A stretch of DNA of 64,000 nt from the NCBI GenBank assembly GCA_002269645.1, contig NIVC01002164.1, positions 1 through 64,000 of the forward strand. The letters run 5' to 3'. Position 1 is the stretch's first letter; each line of letters begins with the position of its first letter. Below are positions 1-12,602 of the stretch, piece after piece. The notes under the pieces were generated by a model. That model was not told the DNA's origin. It searched no databases and worked only from the letters and a program-made list of their open reading frames with translations. This stretch comes from Macrostomum lignano (Eukaryota). The position numbers and the translations under genes were made by a program.

Positions 1-3000
1 GCTAAAAGGAATGCCTGCGGCCGCTAAAATGAGTATCTACGGCGCTAAAAGGAATGCCTGCAGCGCTAAAATGAGTATCTACGGCGGCCTAAAAGGAATG
101 CCTGCGGCGCTAAAATGAGTATCTACGGCGCTAAAATGAGTATCTACGGCGCTAAAATGAGTATCTACGGCGCTAAAATGAGTATCTACGCGCCTAAAAG
201 GAATGCCTGCGGCGCTAAAATGAGTATCTACGGCGCTAAAAAGGAATGCCTGCGGCGCTAAAATGAGTATCTACGGGCGCTAAAAGGAATGCCTGCGGCG
301 CTAAAATGAGTATCTACGGCGCTAAAAGGAATGGCCTGGCGCTAAAATGAGTATCTACGGCGCTAAAAGGAATGCCTGCGGCGCTAAAATGAGTATCTAC
401 GGCGCTAAAATGAGTATCTACGGCGCTAAAGGAATGCCTGCGGCGCTAAAATGAGTATCTACGGCGCTAAAGGAATGCTGCGGCGCTAAATGAGTATCTA
501 CGGCGCTAAAAGGAATGCCTGCGGCGCTAAAATGAGTATCTACGGCGCTAAAAGGAATGCCTGCGGCGCTAAAATGAGTATCTACGGCGCTAAAAGGAAT
601 GCCTGCGGCGCTAAAATGAGTATCTACGGCGCTAAAAGGAATGCCTGCGGCGCTAAAATGAGTATCTACGGCGCTAAAAGGAATGCCTGCGGCGCTAAAA
701 TGAGTATCTACGGCGCTAAAGGAATGCCTGCGGCGCTAAAATGAGTATCTACGGCGCGCTAAAAGGAATGCCTGCGGCGCTAAATGAGTATCTACGGCGC
801 TAAAGGAATGCTGCGCGCGCTAAAATGAGTATCTACGGCGCTAAAAGGAATGCCTGCGGCGCTAAAATGAGTATCTACGGCGCTAAAAGGAATGCCTGCG
901 GCGCTAAAATGAGTATCTACGGCGCTAAAAGGAATGCCTGCGGCGCTAAAATGAGTATCTACGGCGCTAAAAGGAATGCCTGCGGCGCTAAAATGAGTAT
1001 CTACGGCGCTAAAAGGAATGCCTGCAGCGCTAAAATGAGTATTACGGCGCTAAAAGGAATGCCTGCGGCGCTAAAATGAGTATCTACGGCGCTAAAAGGA
1101 ATGCTGCGCGCGCTAAAATGAGTATCTACGGCCGCTAAAATGAGTATCTACGGCGCTAAAGGAATGCCTGCGGCGCTAAAATGAGTATCTACGGCGCTAA
1201 AAGGAATGCCTGCGGCGCTAAAATGAGTATCTACGGCGCTAAAAGGAATGCTCGCGGCGCTAAAATGAGTATCTACGGCGCTAAAAGGAATGCCTGTGGC
1301 GCTAAAATGAGTATCTACGGCGCTAAAAGGAATGCCTGCGGCGCTAAAATGAGTATCTACGGCGCTAAAAGGAATGCCTGCAGCGCTAAAATGAGTATCT
1401 ACGGCGCTAAAATGAGTATCTACGGCGCTAAAAGGAATGCCTGCGGCGCTAAAATGAGTATCTACGGCGCTAAAGGAATGCCTGCGGCGCTAAAATGAGT
1501 ATCTACGGCGCTAAAAGGAATGCCTGCGGGCGCTAAAATGAGTATCTACGGCGCTAAAAGGAATGCCTGCGGCGCTAAAATGAGTATCTACGGCGCTAAA
1601 AGGAATGCCTGCGGCGCTAAATGAGTATCTACGGCGCTAAAAGGAATGCCTGCGGCGCTAAAATGAGTATTCACGGCGCGCTAAAAGGAATGCCTGCAGC
1701 GCTAAAATGAGTATCTACGGCGCTAAAAGGAATCTGCGGCCTAAAATGCGTATTACGGCGCTAAAAGGAATGCCTGCGGCGCTAAAATGAGTATCTACGG
1801 CGCTAAAAGGAATGCCTGCGGCGCTAAAATGAGTATCTACGGCGCTAAAAGGAATGCCTGCAGCGCTAAAATGAGTATCTACGGCGCTAAAGGAATGCCT
1901 GCGGCGCTAAAATGAGTATCTACGGCGCTAAAATGAGTATCTACGGCGCTAAAATGAGTATCTACGGCGCTAAAATGAGTATCTACGGCGCTAAAAGGAA
2001 TGCCTGCGGCGCTAAAATGAGTATCTACGGCGCTAAAAGGAATGCCTGCGGCGCTAAAATGAGTATCTACGGCGCTAAAAGGAATGCCTGCGGCGCTAAA
2101 ATGAGTATCTACGGCGCTAAAAGGAATGCCTGCAGCGCTAAAATGAGTATCTACGGCGCTAAAAGGAATGCCTGCGGCGCTAAAATGAGTATCTACGGCG
2201 CTAAAAGGAATGCCTGCGGCGCTAAAATGAGTATCTACGGCGCTAAAAGGAATGCCTGCGGCGCTAAAATGAGTATCTACGGCGCTAAAAGGAATTCCTG
2301 CAGCGCTAAAATGAGTATCTACGGCGCTAAAAGGAATGCCCGCGGCGCTAAAATGAGTATCTACGGCGCTAAAATGAGTATCTACGGCGCTAAAAGGAAT
2401 GCCTGCGGCGCTAAAATGAGAATCTACGGCGCTAAAAGGAATGCCTGCGGCGCTAAAATGAGTATCTACGGCGCTAAAAGGAATGCCTGCGGCGCTAAAA
2501 TGAGTATCTACGGCGCTAAAAGGAATGCCTGCGGCGCTAAAATGAGTATCTACGGCGCTAAAAGGAATGCCTGCGGCGCTAAAATGAGTATCTACGGCGC
2601 TAAAAGGAATGCCTGCGGCGCTTAAATGAGTATCTACGGCGCTAAAAGGAATGCCTGCGACGCTAAAATGAGTATCTACGGCGCTAAAAGGAATGCCTGC
2701 GGCGCTAAAATGAGTATCTACGGCGCTAAAAGGAATGCCTGCGGCGCTAAAATGAGTATCTACGGCGCTAAAAGGAATGCCTGCGGCGCTAAAATGAGTA
2801 TCTACGGCGCTAAAAGGAATGCCTGCGGCGCTAAAATGAGTATCTACGGCGCTAAAAGGAATGCCTGCGGCGCTAAAATGAGTATCTACGGCGCTAAAAG
2901 GAATGCCTGCGGCGCTAAAATGAGTATCTACGGCGCTAAAAGGAATGCCTGCAGCGCTAAAATGAGTATCTACGGCGCTAAAAGGAATGCCTGCGGCGCT

Positions 3001-5510
3001 AAAATGAGTATCTACGGCGCTAAAAGGAATGCCTGCGGCGCTAAAATGAGTATCTACGGCGCTAAAAGGAATGCCTGCAGCGCTAAAATGAGTATCGACG
3101 GCGCTAAAAGGAATGCCTGCGGCGCTAAAATGAGTATCTACGGCGCTAAAAGGAATGCCTGCGGCGCTAAAATGAGTATCTACGGCGCTAAAAGGAATGC
3201 CTGCGGCGCTAAAATGAGTATCTACGGCGCTAAAAGGAATGCCTGCAGCGCTAAAATGAGTATCTACGGCGCTAAAAGGAATGCCTGCGGCGCTAAAATG
3301 AGTATCTACGGCGCTAAAATGAGTATCTACGGCGCTAAAATGAGTATCTACGGCGCTAAAAGGAATGCCTGCGGCGCTAAAATGAGTATCTACGGCGCTA
3401 AAAGGAATGCCTGCGGCGCTAAAATGAGTATCTACGGCGCTAAAAGGAATGCCTGCGGCGCTAAAATGAGTATCTACGGCGCTAAAAGGAATGCCTGCGG
3501 CGCTAAAATGAGTATCTACGGCGCTAAAAGGAATGCCTGCAGCGCTAAAATGAGTATCTACGGCGCTAAAAGGAATGCCTGCGGCGCTAAAATGAGTATC
3601 TACGGCGCTAAAATGAGTATCTACGGCGCTAAAATGAGTATCTACGGCGCTAAAATGAGTATCTACGGCGCTAAAAGGAATGCCTGCGGCGCTAAAATGA
3701 GTATCTACGGCGCTAAAAGGAATGCCTGCGGCGCTAAAATGAGTATCTACGGCGCTAAAAGGAATGCCTGCGGCGCTAAAATGAGTATCTACGGCGCTAA
3801 AAGGAATGCCTGCGGCGCTAAAATGAGTATCTACGGCGCTAAAAGGAATGCCTGCGGCGCTAAAATGAGTATCTACGGCGCTAAAATGAGTATCTACGGC
3901 GCTAAAAGGAATGCCTGCGGCGCTAAAATGAGTATCTACGGCGCTAAAAGGAATGCCTGCGGCGCTAAAATGAGTATCTACGGCGCTAAAATGAGTATCT
4001 ACGGCGCTAAAAGGAATGCCTGCGGCGCTAAAATGAGTATCTACGGCGCTAAAAGGAATGCCTGCGGCGCTAAAATGAGTATCTACGGCGCTAAAAGGAA
4101 TGCCTGCGGCGCTAAAATGAGTATCTACGGCGCTAAAAGGAATGCCTGCGGCGCTAAAATGAGTATCTACGGCGCTAAAAGGAATGCCTGCGGCGCTAAA
4201 ATGAGTATCTACGGCGCTAAAATGAGTATCTACGGCGCTAAAAGGAATGCCTGCGGCGCTAAAATGAGTATCTACGGCGCTAAAAGGAATGCCTGCGGCG
4301 CTAAAATGAGTATCTACGGCGCTAAAAGGAATGCCTGCGGCGCTAAAATGAGTATCTACGGCGCTAAAAGGAATGCCTGCGGCGCTAAAATGAGTATCTA
4401 CGGCGCTAAAAGGAATGCCTGCGGCGCTAAAATGAGTATCTACGGCGCTAAAAGGAATGCCTGCGGCGCTAAAATGAGTATCTACGGCGCTAAAATGAGT
4501 ATCTACGGCGCTAAAATGAGTATCTACGGCGCTAAAATGAGTATCTACGGCGCTAAAAGGAATGCCTGCGGCGCTAAAATGAGTATCTACGGCGCTAAAA
4601 GGAATGCCTGCGGCGCTAAAATGAGTATCTACGGCGCTAAAAGGAATGCCTGCGGCGCTAAAATGAGTATCTACGGCGCTAAAAGGAATGCCTGCGGCGC
4701 TAAAATGAGTATCTACGGCGCTAAAATGAGTATCTACGGCGCTAAAAGGAATGCCTGCGGCGCTAAAATGAGTATCTACGGCGCTAAAAGGAATGCCTGC
4801 GGCGCTAAAATGAGTATCTACGGCGCTAAAAGGAATGCCTGCGGCGCTAAAATGAGTATCTACGGCGCTAAAAGGAATGCCTGCGGCGCTAAAATGAGTA
4901 TCTACGGCGCTAAAAGGAATGCCTGCGGCGCTAAAATGAGTATCTACGGCGCTAAAATGAGTATCTACGGCGCTAAAAGGAATGCCTGCGGCGCTAAAAT
5001 GAGTATCTACGGCGCTAAAAGGAATGCCTGCGGCGCTAAAATGAGTATCTACGGCGCTAAAAGGAATGCCTGCGGCGCTAAAATGAGTATCTACGGCGCT
5101 AAAAGGAATGCCTGCGGCGCTAAAATGAGTATCTACGGCGCTAAAAGGAATGCCTGCGGCGCTAAAATGAGTATCTACGGCGCTAAAAGGAATGCCTGCG
5201 GCGCTAAAATGAGTATCTACGGCGCTAAAAGGAATGCCTGCGGCGCTAAAATGAGTATCTACGGCGCTAAAAGGAATGCCTGCGGCGCTAAAATGAGTAT
5301 CTACGGCGCTAAAAAGAATGCCTGCGGCGCTAAAATGAGTATCTACGGCGCTAAAAAGAATGCCTGCGGCGCTAAAATGAGTATCTACGGCGCTAAAAGG
5401 AATGCCTGCGGCGCTAAAATGAGTATCTACGGCGCTAAAAGGAATGCCTGCGGCGCTAAAATGAGTATCGACGGCGCTAAAAGTAATGCCTGCAGCGGCG
5501 CCAAAATGAG
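1..5510. repeat. Satellite array of two 21-bp monomers, mostly alternating as a 42-bp dimer (A=GGCGCTAAAATGAGTATCTAC, B=GGCGCTAAAAGGAATGCCTGC); runs off the left edge
   Basis: Direct tandem periodicity. The first ~1.9 kb has many 1-2 bp indels (probably consensus error); later copies are nearly perfect. Confidence 0.98.
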
Positions 5511-6697
5511 CGCTGACAACACGCTTCTTAAAATAATGGAAATGTAGGAATTTAGTCATGTACATGTTGAATTATTTGCTTTGTGCCCCCCCCTCACCAT
5601 ATAAAATCCATGGCGACTCCCCTGATCATATCACATCTTATCTACATGTATCTATTGATGTACATGTAACCCGTGCGACTATAGGCTCTGGCTCCGAACA
5701 CCCCTGCTTCCTCGAACTACGAGTTTCTTCCCTTAGTTCATAGTGGGTTGCTTGTGGTGTGGCTGAGTGGCAAAGGTCCCTCGAACCAAACTAGCTCGTA
5801 GAGGCTCCGGGGTGTTTTATATAGGTACACGCCAAAGGCGTGGGCGCCTCCAGCCTTCTGCGTAGAAGTAAGTGGCACCCGGGGACCTTTCACTAATGAG
5901 ACTGAGCTCCCAGCCTGTTACGGGCAACGAATTTAAGGGACTCTATGCGAAGTATCAATAAAGTAGTCTAGACTAATGCCAAAACGAGGATTATTTCGAC
6001 CCTGGAGCGCGGTATCCCAAGGGCTTTACTATTTCCTAATTCCCCGCGGCTCTCGTATGGTTCTGGAGATGTGACAGCGATAAGACTGTGATTTCCTCTT
6101 CAACTAGCGCTTGTATGCGCTATTTCGATTAAGTACACTACGTGGTATCCAGACTCCATAGTGATGCACGGTGGTCTCGGAGCTTATATGTACTTTTTTA
6201 GTCGGGCATACTGTATTGGTGGTAAATTTGCTAATTATACATTACCTGAACTTCAGTTTCTCCGATCTATATCTGCAGCACATCACTTTACTCTCGCAGC
6301 TTAACCTTAAGGCAGTGGCAGCTTACGACTGGACATCAATTTGACTAACTAAAAGCAATGGCCAAGAAGTTTAGCTCCCGCAATAATTAATCATACAAAT
6401 AAAGACTCTCGACGCTGTTGCCGTTGAGGATTCGAATTGAGGTTGTCGGAGGGTCGACTTCCGGATCATTGATGAAGTTAAATCAATCAGGTATTTGGAT
6501 TTGACGAATTAGCTAGGTGAGGATCGAATACGCGATCTCGCAGGTTGACTTAAATTCGGGGATGAACTGCTAGGTGATCCTAGGGAACTGGTTTCTCGTC
6601 CAGGGTGAGGGTGCACGGGTCCCGAAAGTGTAGAGCGTCACTAGCGTCACGTCATAAAGTGTCACTCGCGGCTCCGAAGGTCGGTGGGAAAACGAGC

Positions 6698-6830
6698 TGC
6701 TTAAATAGCGCTGAGATCATGCGCGTGACTCGTGATGCACATGAGATGCACAGGACCTTGAACTGCCCTTGACCGGCGTCGCCAAGCAACCGAGTGACGT
6801 CACCTGACTAGCCTTCATCGTGATTGGCTA
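6698..6830 (-). promoter_or_regulatory. Candidate Pol II promoter on the minus strand (CCAAT, CRE palindrome, TATA-like box)
   Basis: Minus-strand AGCCAATC near 6822-6829, TGACGTCA near 6795-6802, TATTTAAG near 6699-6706, in conventional order. No CDS identified downstream. Confidence 0.35.
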
Positions 6831-7516
6831 TTAAAATGAGGTGGGTGTACGGTCTAGTAATGGGGCCAATTGGGGGCGTCACGAGACATGGGAGTGGAGT
6901 TCTTTTCAGTGATTTTGAACAAAGGAGCTCATACTCATAATCTTGCTGGGCCTCCCGCTCCTTTCAGCCTCAAATCAGCGTGAATGTGGGATAGGATCTA
7001 AGGTACTATACCTAAGAAAGGTAGTAAATGGATGGGCTAATCCTAAGATTGAGGCCAATACATAAAATCTGGCAAAATTTGGCCACCTGTCAGTCTGTTA
7101 TACATTCAATTAGGAATTAAATGGCGCTCGTTGGTCATTTCTTTTGATGCGGTATTTGGATCTGTAAGCCTGGCTAAAATTTTGAGCCGCAAAACAGCAT
7201 TTTGCGACAGCATCTCTGCGGCCTTAATTAGGTAAGCTAAGCCTCGAACTCAGCCGCATCATGACGGGTTGCTGTGTTCTTGACGGTGAGTGAAAACTTC
7301 TGTAGATCTTGCTCAACCCTGTCACACACAAGAGTGACAGGACTGCAAAACAGAAGATGCTAAAGTGAATCTCCGTTCGACATGCGGATTGGCCTTGCAA
7401 ATTACAGAAATTACTTTTTCGTTTTCCTTTATCCTGCTCATCTGGGGCGTCCTGAGCTCAATTCCAGTAAACCTCTGCTTGGAGACACCTTGCGTAGATT
7501 GGAATTTATTTCTATA

Positions 7517-8514
7517 GGTAGAGTGAGAGGAGGGTAGAGTGGGGACAGGGTAGAGTGGGGACAGGGTAGAGTGGGGACAGGGTAGAGTGGGGACAGGGTA
7601 GAGTGGGGACAGGGTAGAGTGAGGACAGGGTAGAGTGGGGACAGGGTAGAGTGGGGACAGGGTAGAGTGAGAGGAGGGTAGAGTGGGGACAGGGTAGAGT
7701 GGGGACAGGGTAAAGTGGGGACAGGGTAGAGTGGGGACAGGGTAGAGTGGGGACAGGGTAGAGTGGGGACAGGGTAGAGTGAGGACAGGGTAGAGTGGGG
7801 ACAGGGTAGAGTGGGGACAGGGTAGAGTGGGACAGGGTAGAGTGGGGACAGGGTAGAGTGGGGACAGGGTAGAGTGGGGACAGGGTAGAGTGGGGACAGG
7901 GTAGAGTGGGACAGGGTAGAGTGGGGACAGGGTAGAGTGGGGACAGGGTAGAGTGGGGACAGGGTAGAGTGGGACAGGGTAGAGTGGGGACAGGGTAGAG
8001 TGGGACAGGGTAGAGTGGGGACAGGGTAGAGTGGGACAGGCTAGAGTGGGGACAGGGTAGAGTGGGGACAGGGTAGAGTGGGGACAGGGTAGAGTGGGGA
8101 CAGGGTAGAGTGGGACAGGGTAGAGTGGGGACAGGGTAGAGTGGGGACAGGGTAGAGTGGGGACAGGGTAGAGTGGGGACAGGGTAGAGTGGGGACAGGG
8201 TAGAGTGGGGACAGGGTAGAGTGGGGACAGGTAGAGTCGGGACAGGGTAGAGTGGGGACAGGGTAGAGTGGGGACAGGGTAGAGTGGGGACAGGGTAGAG
8301 TGGGACAGGGTAGAGTGGGGACAGGGTAAAGTGGGGACAGGGTAGAGTGGGGACAGGGTAGAGTGGGGACAGGGTAGAGTGGGGACAGGGTAGAGTGGGG
8401 ACAGGGTAGAGTGGGGACAGGGTAGAGTGGGGACAGGGTAGAGTGGGGACAGGGTAGAGTGGGGACAGGGTAGAGTGGGGACAGGGTAGAGTGGGGACAG
8501 GGTAGAGTGGGGCA
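7517..8514. repeat. 16-bp G-rich minisatellite (ACAGGGTAGAGTGGGG)n
   Basis: About 60 tandem copies, with alternating G3/G4 runs on the + strand. Confidence 0.97.
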
Positions 8515-9129
8515 GGAAAGAGTGGGCCGTGCATCAACTGTGCCAACTTGCCAGAATGTTCCTGACAAGAAGTTCTGATTGAACAAGATTTAATCATCAA
8601 CTTAAGAGTGAAGTTTCTGAGCACGGTCGCGCGAGTGAAAAACGACACGAAATTGCTGAATTTTGGCCACTTGCTGGTGCTTAAAAGTAAATGAAGAATG
8701 GACAGCAAGAAAGCCGGACTCAGGACGCTAATCTGCAAAGTGAAATCAGACTGTATTCCGGGCTTCCGTGAACAGATTAAGGTCTTCATTTGTGAGAAGA
8801 TTCCCTGGAGCTCCGATAAGCGGTTCAGCCTTTGCGGCTTTATTTAAGCAATCCATTAAGAAATTTTTGCCTTCATTTTGAGCGCTTTAATGAAGAAGCT
8901 ACTCTCTCAGGCGACAATTTCAATTCGCACGAACTAGAGAGCTTTATTAGCACGCTTTGAATTTACTTCACGAGTACAAAAGAAAATCCACAACAAGTAA
9001 TCACCAATGCAAGCCCGCTACAATCGATATCAGTTGTTGCAGACACTGCTTTACCTATCAGAAACTCTGAGATCTCAGCCGCCTCTTAAAACTTCTTAAT
9101 CCAGATAGGTCAATGCCGTCGCTTTAAGT

Positions 9130-12100
9130 CTAAATATCATTCAAAGATCGGTCATCGCGCAGCTCCTTTGCTGCTGTCGCTGCCGCCGCGTCCAGCACGA
9201 TCGCGTCTCTGGGACGGCTGCGGCGACCGCGGGATGAGAAGGCGGCGCTGAGGGAGTCGCCCCCCGCCGCCATGAGTATCGCCGGGGGCAGGCGCAGTTG
9301 ACCCCTTGGCCGGTGGTCTCGCAGGCCGCCGCAGAGCAGGTGCCGCCTGAACTGGCTGTTTGTCACCACGTAGCCCAAAAAGTTGAGCACCGAGTCAGCC
9401 ACGATGCAGACATTGCTGACCCAGAACAGGTTGCCGCCCATCTCAGCAAAGTGCTCAAGGTTGTACAGTACAACCACTGGCAGCTCGCAGATCAGGAAGA
9501 TCACGCACAGGTAGACAACCAGGACGTAAACTCGATCTGAACTGTCCTGGCCGTCTGAGTTCTCCGGATCCTCTTGAAGTGCAGCAGAAGCTGACGTAGC
9601 TGACTGGACATTAAGGGGTCATGAAAAACTCTAGGATTACGAGCCGGAATCAGGGCTTCACTCAAGCCTACCGATCTCTGCTCTTCACTCAAGCCTACCG
9701 ATCTCTGAGCTTCACTCAAGCCTACCGATCTCTGACCCTCACTCAAGCCTACCGATCTCTGCTCTTCACTCAAGCCTACCGATCTCTGCTCTTCACTCAA
9801 GCCTACCGATCTCTGCTCATCACTCAAGCCCTCTGCTCTTCACTCAAGCCTACCGATCTCTGACCTTCACTCAAGCCTACCGATCTCTGCTCTTCACTCA
9901 AGCCTACGGATCTCTGCTCATCACTCAAGCCCTCTGCTCTTCACTCAAGCCTACCGATCTCTGACCCTCACTCAAGCCTACCGATCTCTGAGCTTCACTC
10001 AAGCCTACCGATCTCTGACCCTCACTCAAGCCTACCGATCTCTGAGCTTCACTCAAGCCTACCGATCTCTGACCCTCACTCAAGCTTACCGATCTCTGCT
10101 CTTCACTCAAGCCTACCGATCTCTGCTCATCACTCAAGCCCTCTGCTCTTCACTCAAGCCTACCGATCTCTGACCTTCACTCAAGCCTACCGATCTCTGA
10201 TCTTCACTCAAGCCTACCGATCTCTGAGCTTCACTCAAGCCTACCGATCTCTGACCCTCACTCAAGCCTACCGATCTCTGCTCTTCACTCAAGCCTACCG
10301 ATCTCTGCTCATCACTCAAGCCCTCTGCTCTTCACTCAAGCCTACCGATCTCTGCTCTTCACTCAAGCCTACCGATCTCTGCTCATCACTCAAGCCCTCT
10401 GATCTTCACTCAAGCCAACCGATCTCTGATCTTCACTCAAGCCTACCGATCTCTGATCTTCACTCAAGCCCTCTGCTCTTCACTCAAGCCCTCTGATCTT
10501 CACTCAAGCCCTCTGATCTTCACTCAAGCCCTCTGATCTTCACTCAAGCCCTCTGATCTTCACTCAAGCCTACCGATCTCTGATGCGGGTGGCGGCGCAG
10601 GCCAGCGCGCGTGTTGGCCCGCTGTCGAGACACCAGGCGGATGGCGGCGGCGCCAGAAAGCCCAATGACGCAGAGCAGCGGGACGATGGTCTGCAGGAGG
10701 CCGCAGAAATGCGCCTCGAAATAGAAGAACCACGGACTTTGGTACAGGTGCGGCAGGACCACGGCTTGGCCGCTTCCCTCTTCGTCGCAGTATACAGCTT
10801 TCGTGCGGAGAGCGCGCACCGCGCTCACGCCGAGGCCGATTATTGCCATGGCAACCATCAAAAGCAGGCTGCGACGTCGGTTTAAAAGGCGCCGGCTGGT
10901 AACGCGCAGCACCGCCTCGAATCGGACGAGGGCGAGAGCGGCAAACGTCCAGTTGCGGAAGAGCAGCGCGGCAAGGGCCAGGGTCTGCACGACGCCGCCC
11001 AGGTGAAACATGGCAACGGTTGCCGGGTCGGCGCTGTAGTGCGGAAACTCGTCGCACGGTCGGGCGGCCAGGTAAAAAATGAAGTGCGTCATCAGGCAGG
11101 TGTTCAGGCAGATCTCGCAGGTGCAGAGGCTGCAGATCCAGAGCAGCATGGTGCTGTTGGCGGAGATGTGACGCTTGAAGATGGCCAGCGCCCACGAGTT
11201 CAGCGACAGAGCCAGCAGGGTGAGGGGCAGCATCAGGCAAGCCTATTGTGGGTCGCGAATGGGGATGAGGTGAATGACTTGCGATTGAACAACTGACTGA
11301 AAACAGCAAAGTCACCTCATGCTAATGCAAGGTGTCCCTCTTTCCAAGCTTGAGAATTATGATTTTAATTTTCTTTTACGCTTTTCTGATTGCCCAGAGA
11401 AGAATTGACATCCAAATGCAAATTTTACGGGTTGGCACTGATCTCTATCGCCCTGATACACGGGCGAGCCGAAATACTCAAAGGGAGCACACCGGAAATG
11501 TGTTTGATTTCAGGCTTTTATGCTTGCCCTGATTAGACTTGAGATCCCATTGTGCTGCAGCCGGGAAAAAAGCAACCAAGTTAATAAATCTGATCTTTAC
11601 TGCATGGAAGTCGATGCTTAAGCCTGATTTCTATGGAATGGGGCTGCAGCAGGCATCCTTCTTTGTCCTGATGTCTATGGCCGAATCGTCAACTTGCTGC
11701 TAAATGGGAATTCCGAATCTCTGTCCGCTCTTCTTTGTCCTCTTCTCTCCCCTCTTCTCTCCCTCTTCTCTCCCCTCTTCTCTCTCCTCTTCTCCCCCCT
11801 CTTCTCTGCCCTCTTCTCTCCCCTCTTCTCTCCCCTCTTCTCTCCCCTCTTCTCCCCCCTCTTCTCTGCCCTCTTCTCTCCCCTCTTCTCTCTCCTCTTC
11901 TCTCCCCTCTTCTCTCTCCTCTTCTCTCCCCTCTTCTCTTCCCCTCTTCTCTCCCCTCTTCTCTCCCTCTTCTCTCCCCTCTTCTCTCCCCTCTTCTCCC
12001 CCCTCTTCTCTGCCCTCTTCTCTCCACTCTTCTCTCTCCTCTTCTCTCCCCTCTTCTCTCTCCTCTTCTCTCCCCTCTTCTCTCCCCTCTTCTCTCCCCT

Positions 12101-12602
12101 CTTCTCTCCCCTCTTCTCTCCCCTCTTCTCTCCCCTCTTCTCTCCCCTCTTCTCTCCCCTCTTCTCTCCCCTCTTCTCTCCCCTCTTCACTCCCCTCTTC
12201 TCTTCCCCTCTTCTCTGCCCTCTTCTCATCCCTCTTCTCTCCCCTCTTCTCTCTCCTCTTCTCTCCCCTCCTCTCTCCCCTCTTCTCTCCCCTCCTCTCT
12301 CCCCTCTTGACTCCTCTTTTCTCTCCTCTTTTTCTCTTCTTTTCTCCCCTCTTCTGTCCTCTCTTCTCTCTCCTCTTTTCCCCCTCTTCTATTTACTATC
12401 TTGACAAAGTCAGCACAGAGCACAAGCGTACATAGCAAGGCCGTGTTGCGTAATTTTATGAATTTGTTCCTATAGATCAGACTGGAGGTCATTTAAAGGT
12501 CAGCGATACCTCAAAGTCCAGCGGCTGCGGGCAGTGGGCCCAGCTGTAGTTGCCAACTGAGCTGCAGTTCTGCATCTCAGCGATGATCGGCAGCGGCAGC
12601 AT
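9130..12602 (-). CDS. Rhodopsin-like (class A) orphan/peptide-type GPCR, about 411 aa; exons 12602-12510, 11242-10574, 9603-9130
   Basis: N-terminus MLPLPIIAEMQNCSSVGNYSW has two NxS sequons. Seven hydrophobic segments: TM3 RNWTFAALALVRFEAV (DRY equivalent VRF), ECL2 Cys, TM6 FLICELP, TM7 ADSVLNFLGY. Both introns are GT-AG, phase 0, and the joined frame stays open. Confidence 0.82.
9657..10582. repeat. 27-bp minisatellite (with 18-bp variants) filling GPCR intron 2
   Basis: Unit CTTCACTCAAGCCTACCGATCTCTGCT in tandem. Confidence 0.96.
11738..12390. repeat. Polypyrimidine 12-bp repeat (CTCTTCTCTCCC)n in GPCR intron 1
   Basis: Almost pure C/T on the + strand for about 650 bp. Confidence 0.95.

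Noticed and set aside
490-5565. ORFs up to 1228 aa in the left satellite
   Set aside because: They result from stop-free 21-bp monomers and are open on both strands; there is no non-repetitive coding context.
9501-9827. ORF-track frame suggesting the 9-aa repeat is translated into the GPCR loop
   Set aside because: The array contains in-frame TGA units, and this frame is out of phase with TM6-TM7. A phase-0 intron 10573-9604 explains the gene.
11675-12492. Ser/Leu/Pro or Arg/Gly/Glu-rich ORFs
   Set aside because: Translations of the CT-rich intronic repeat.
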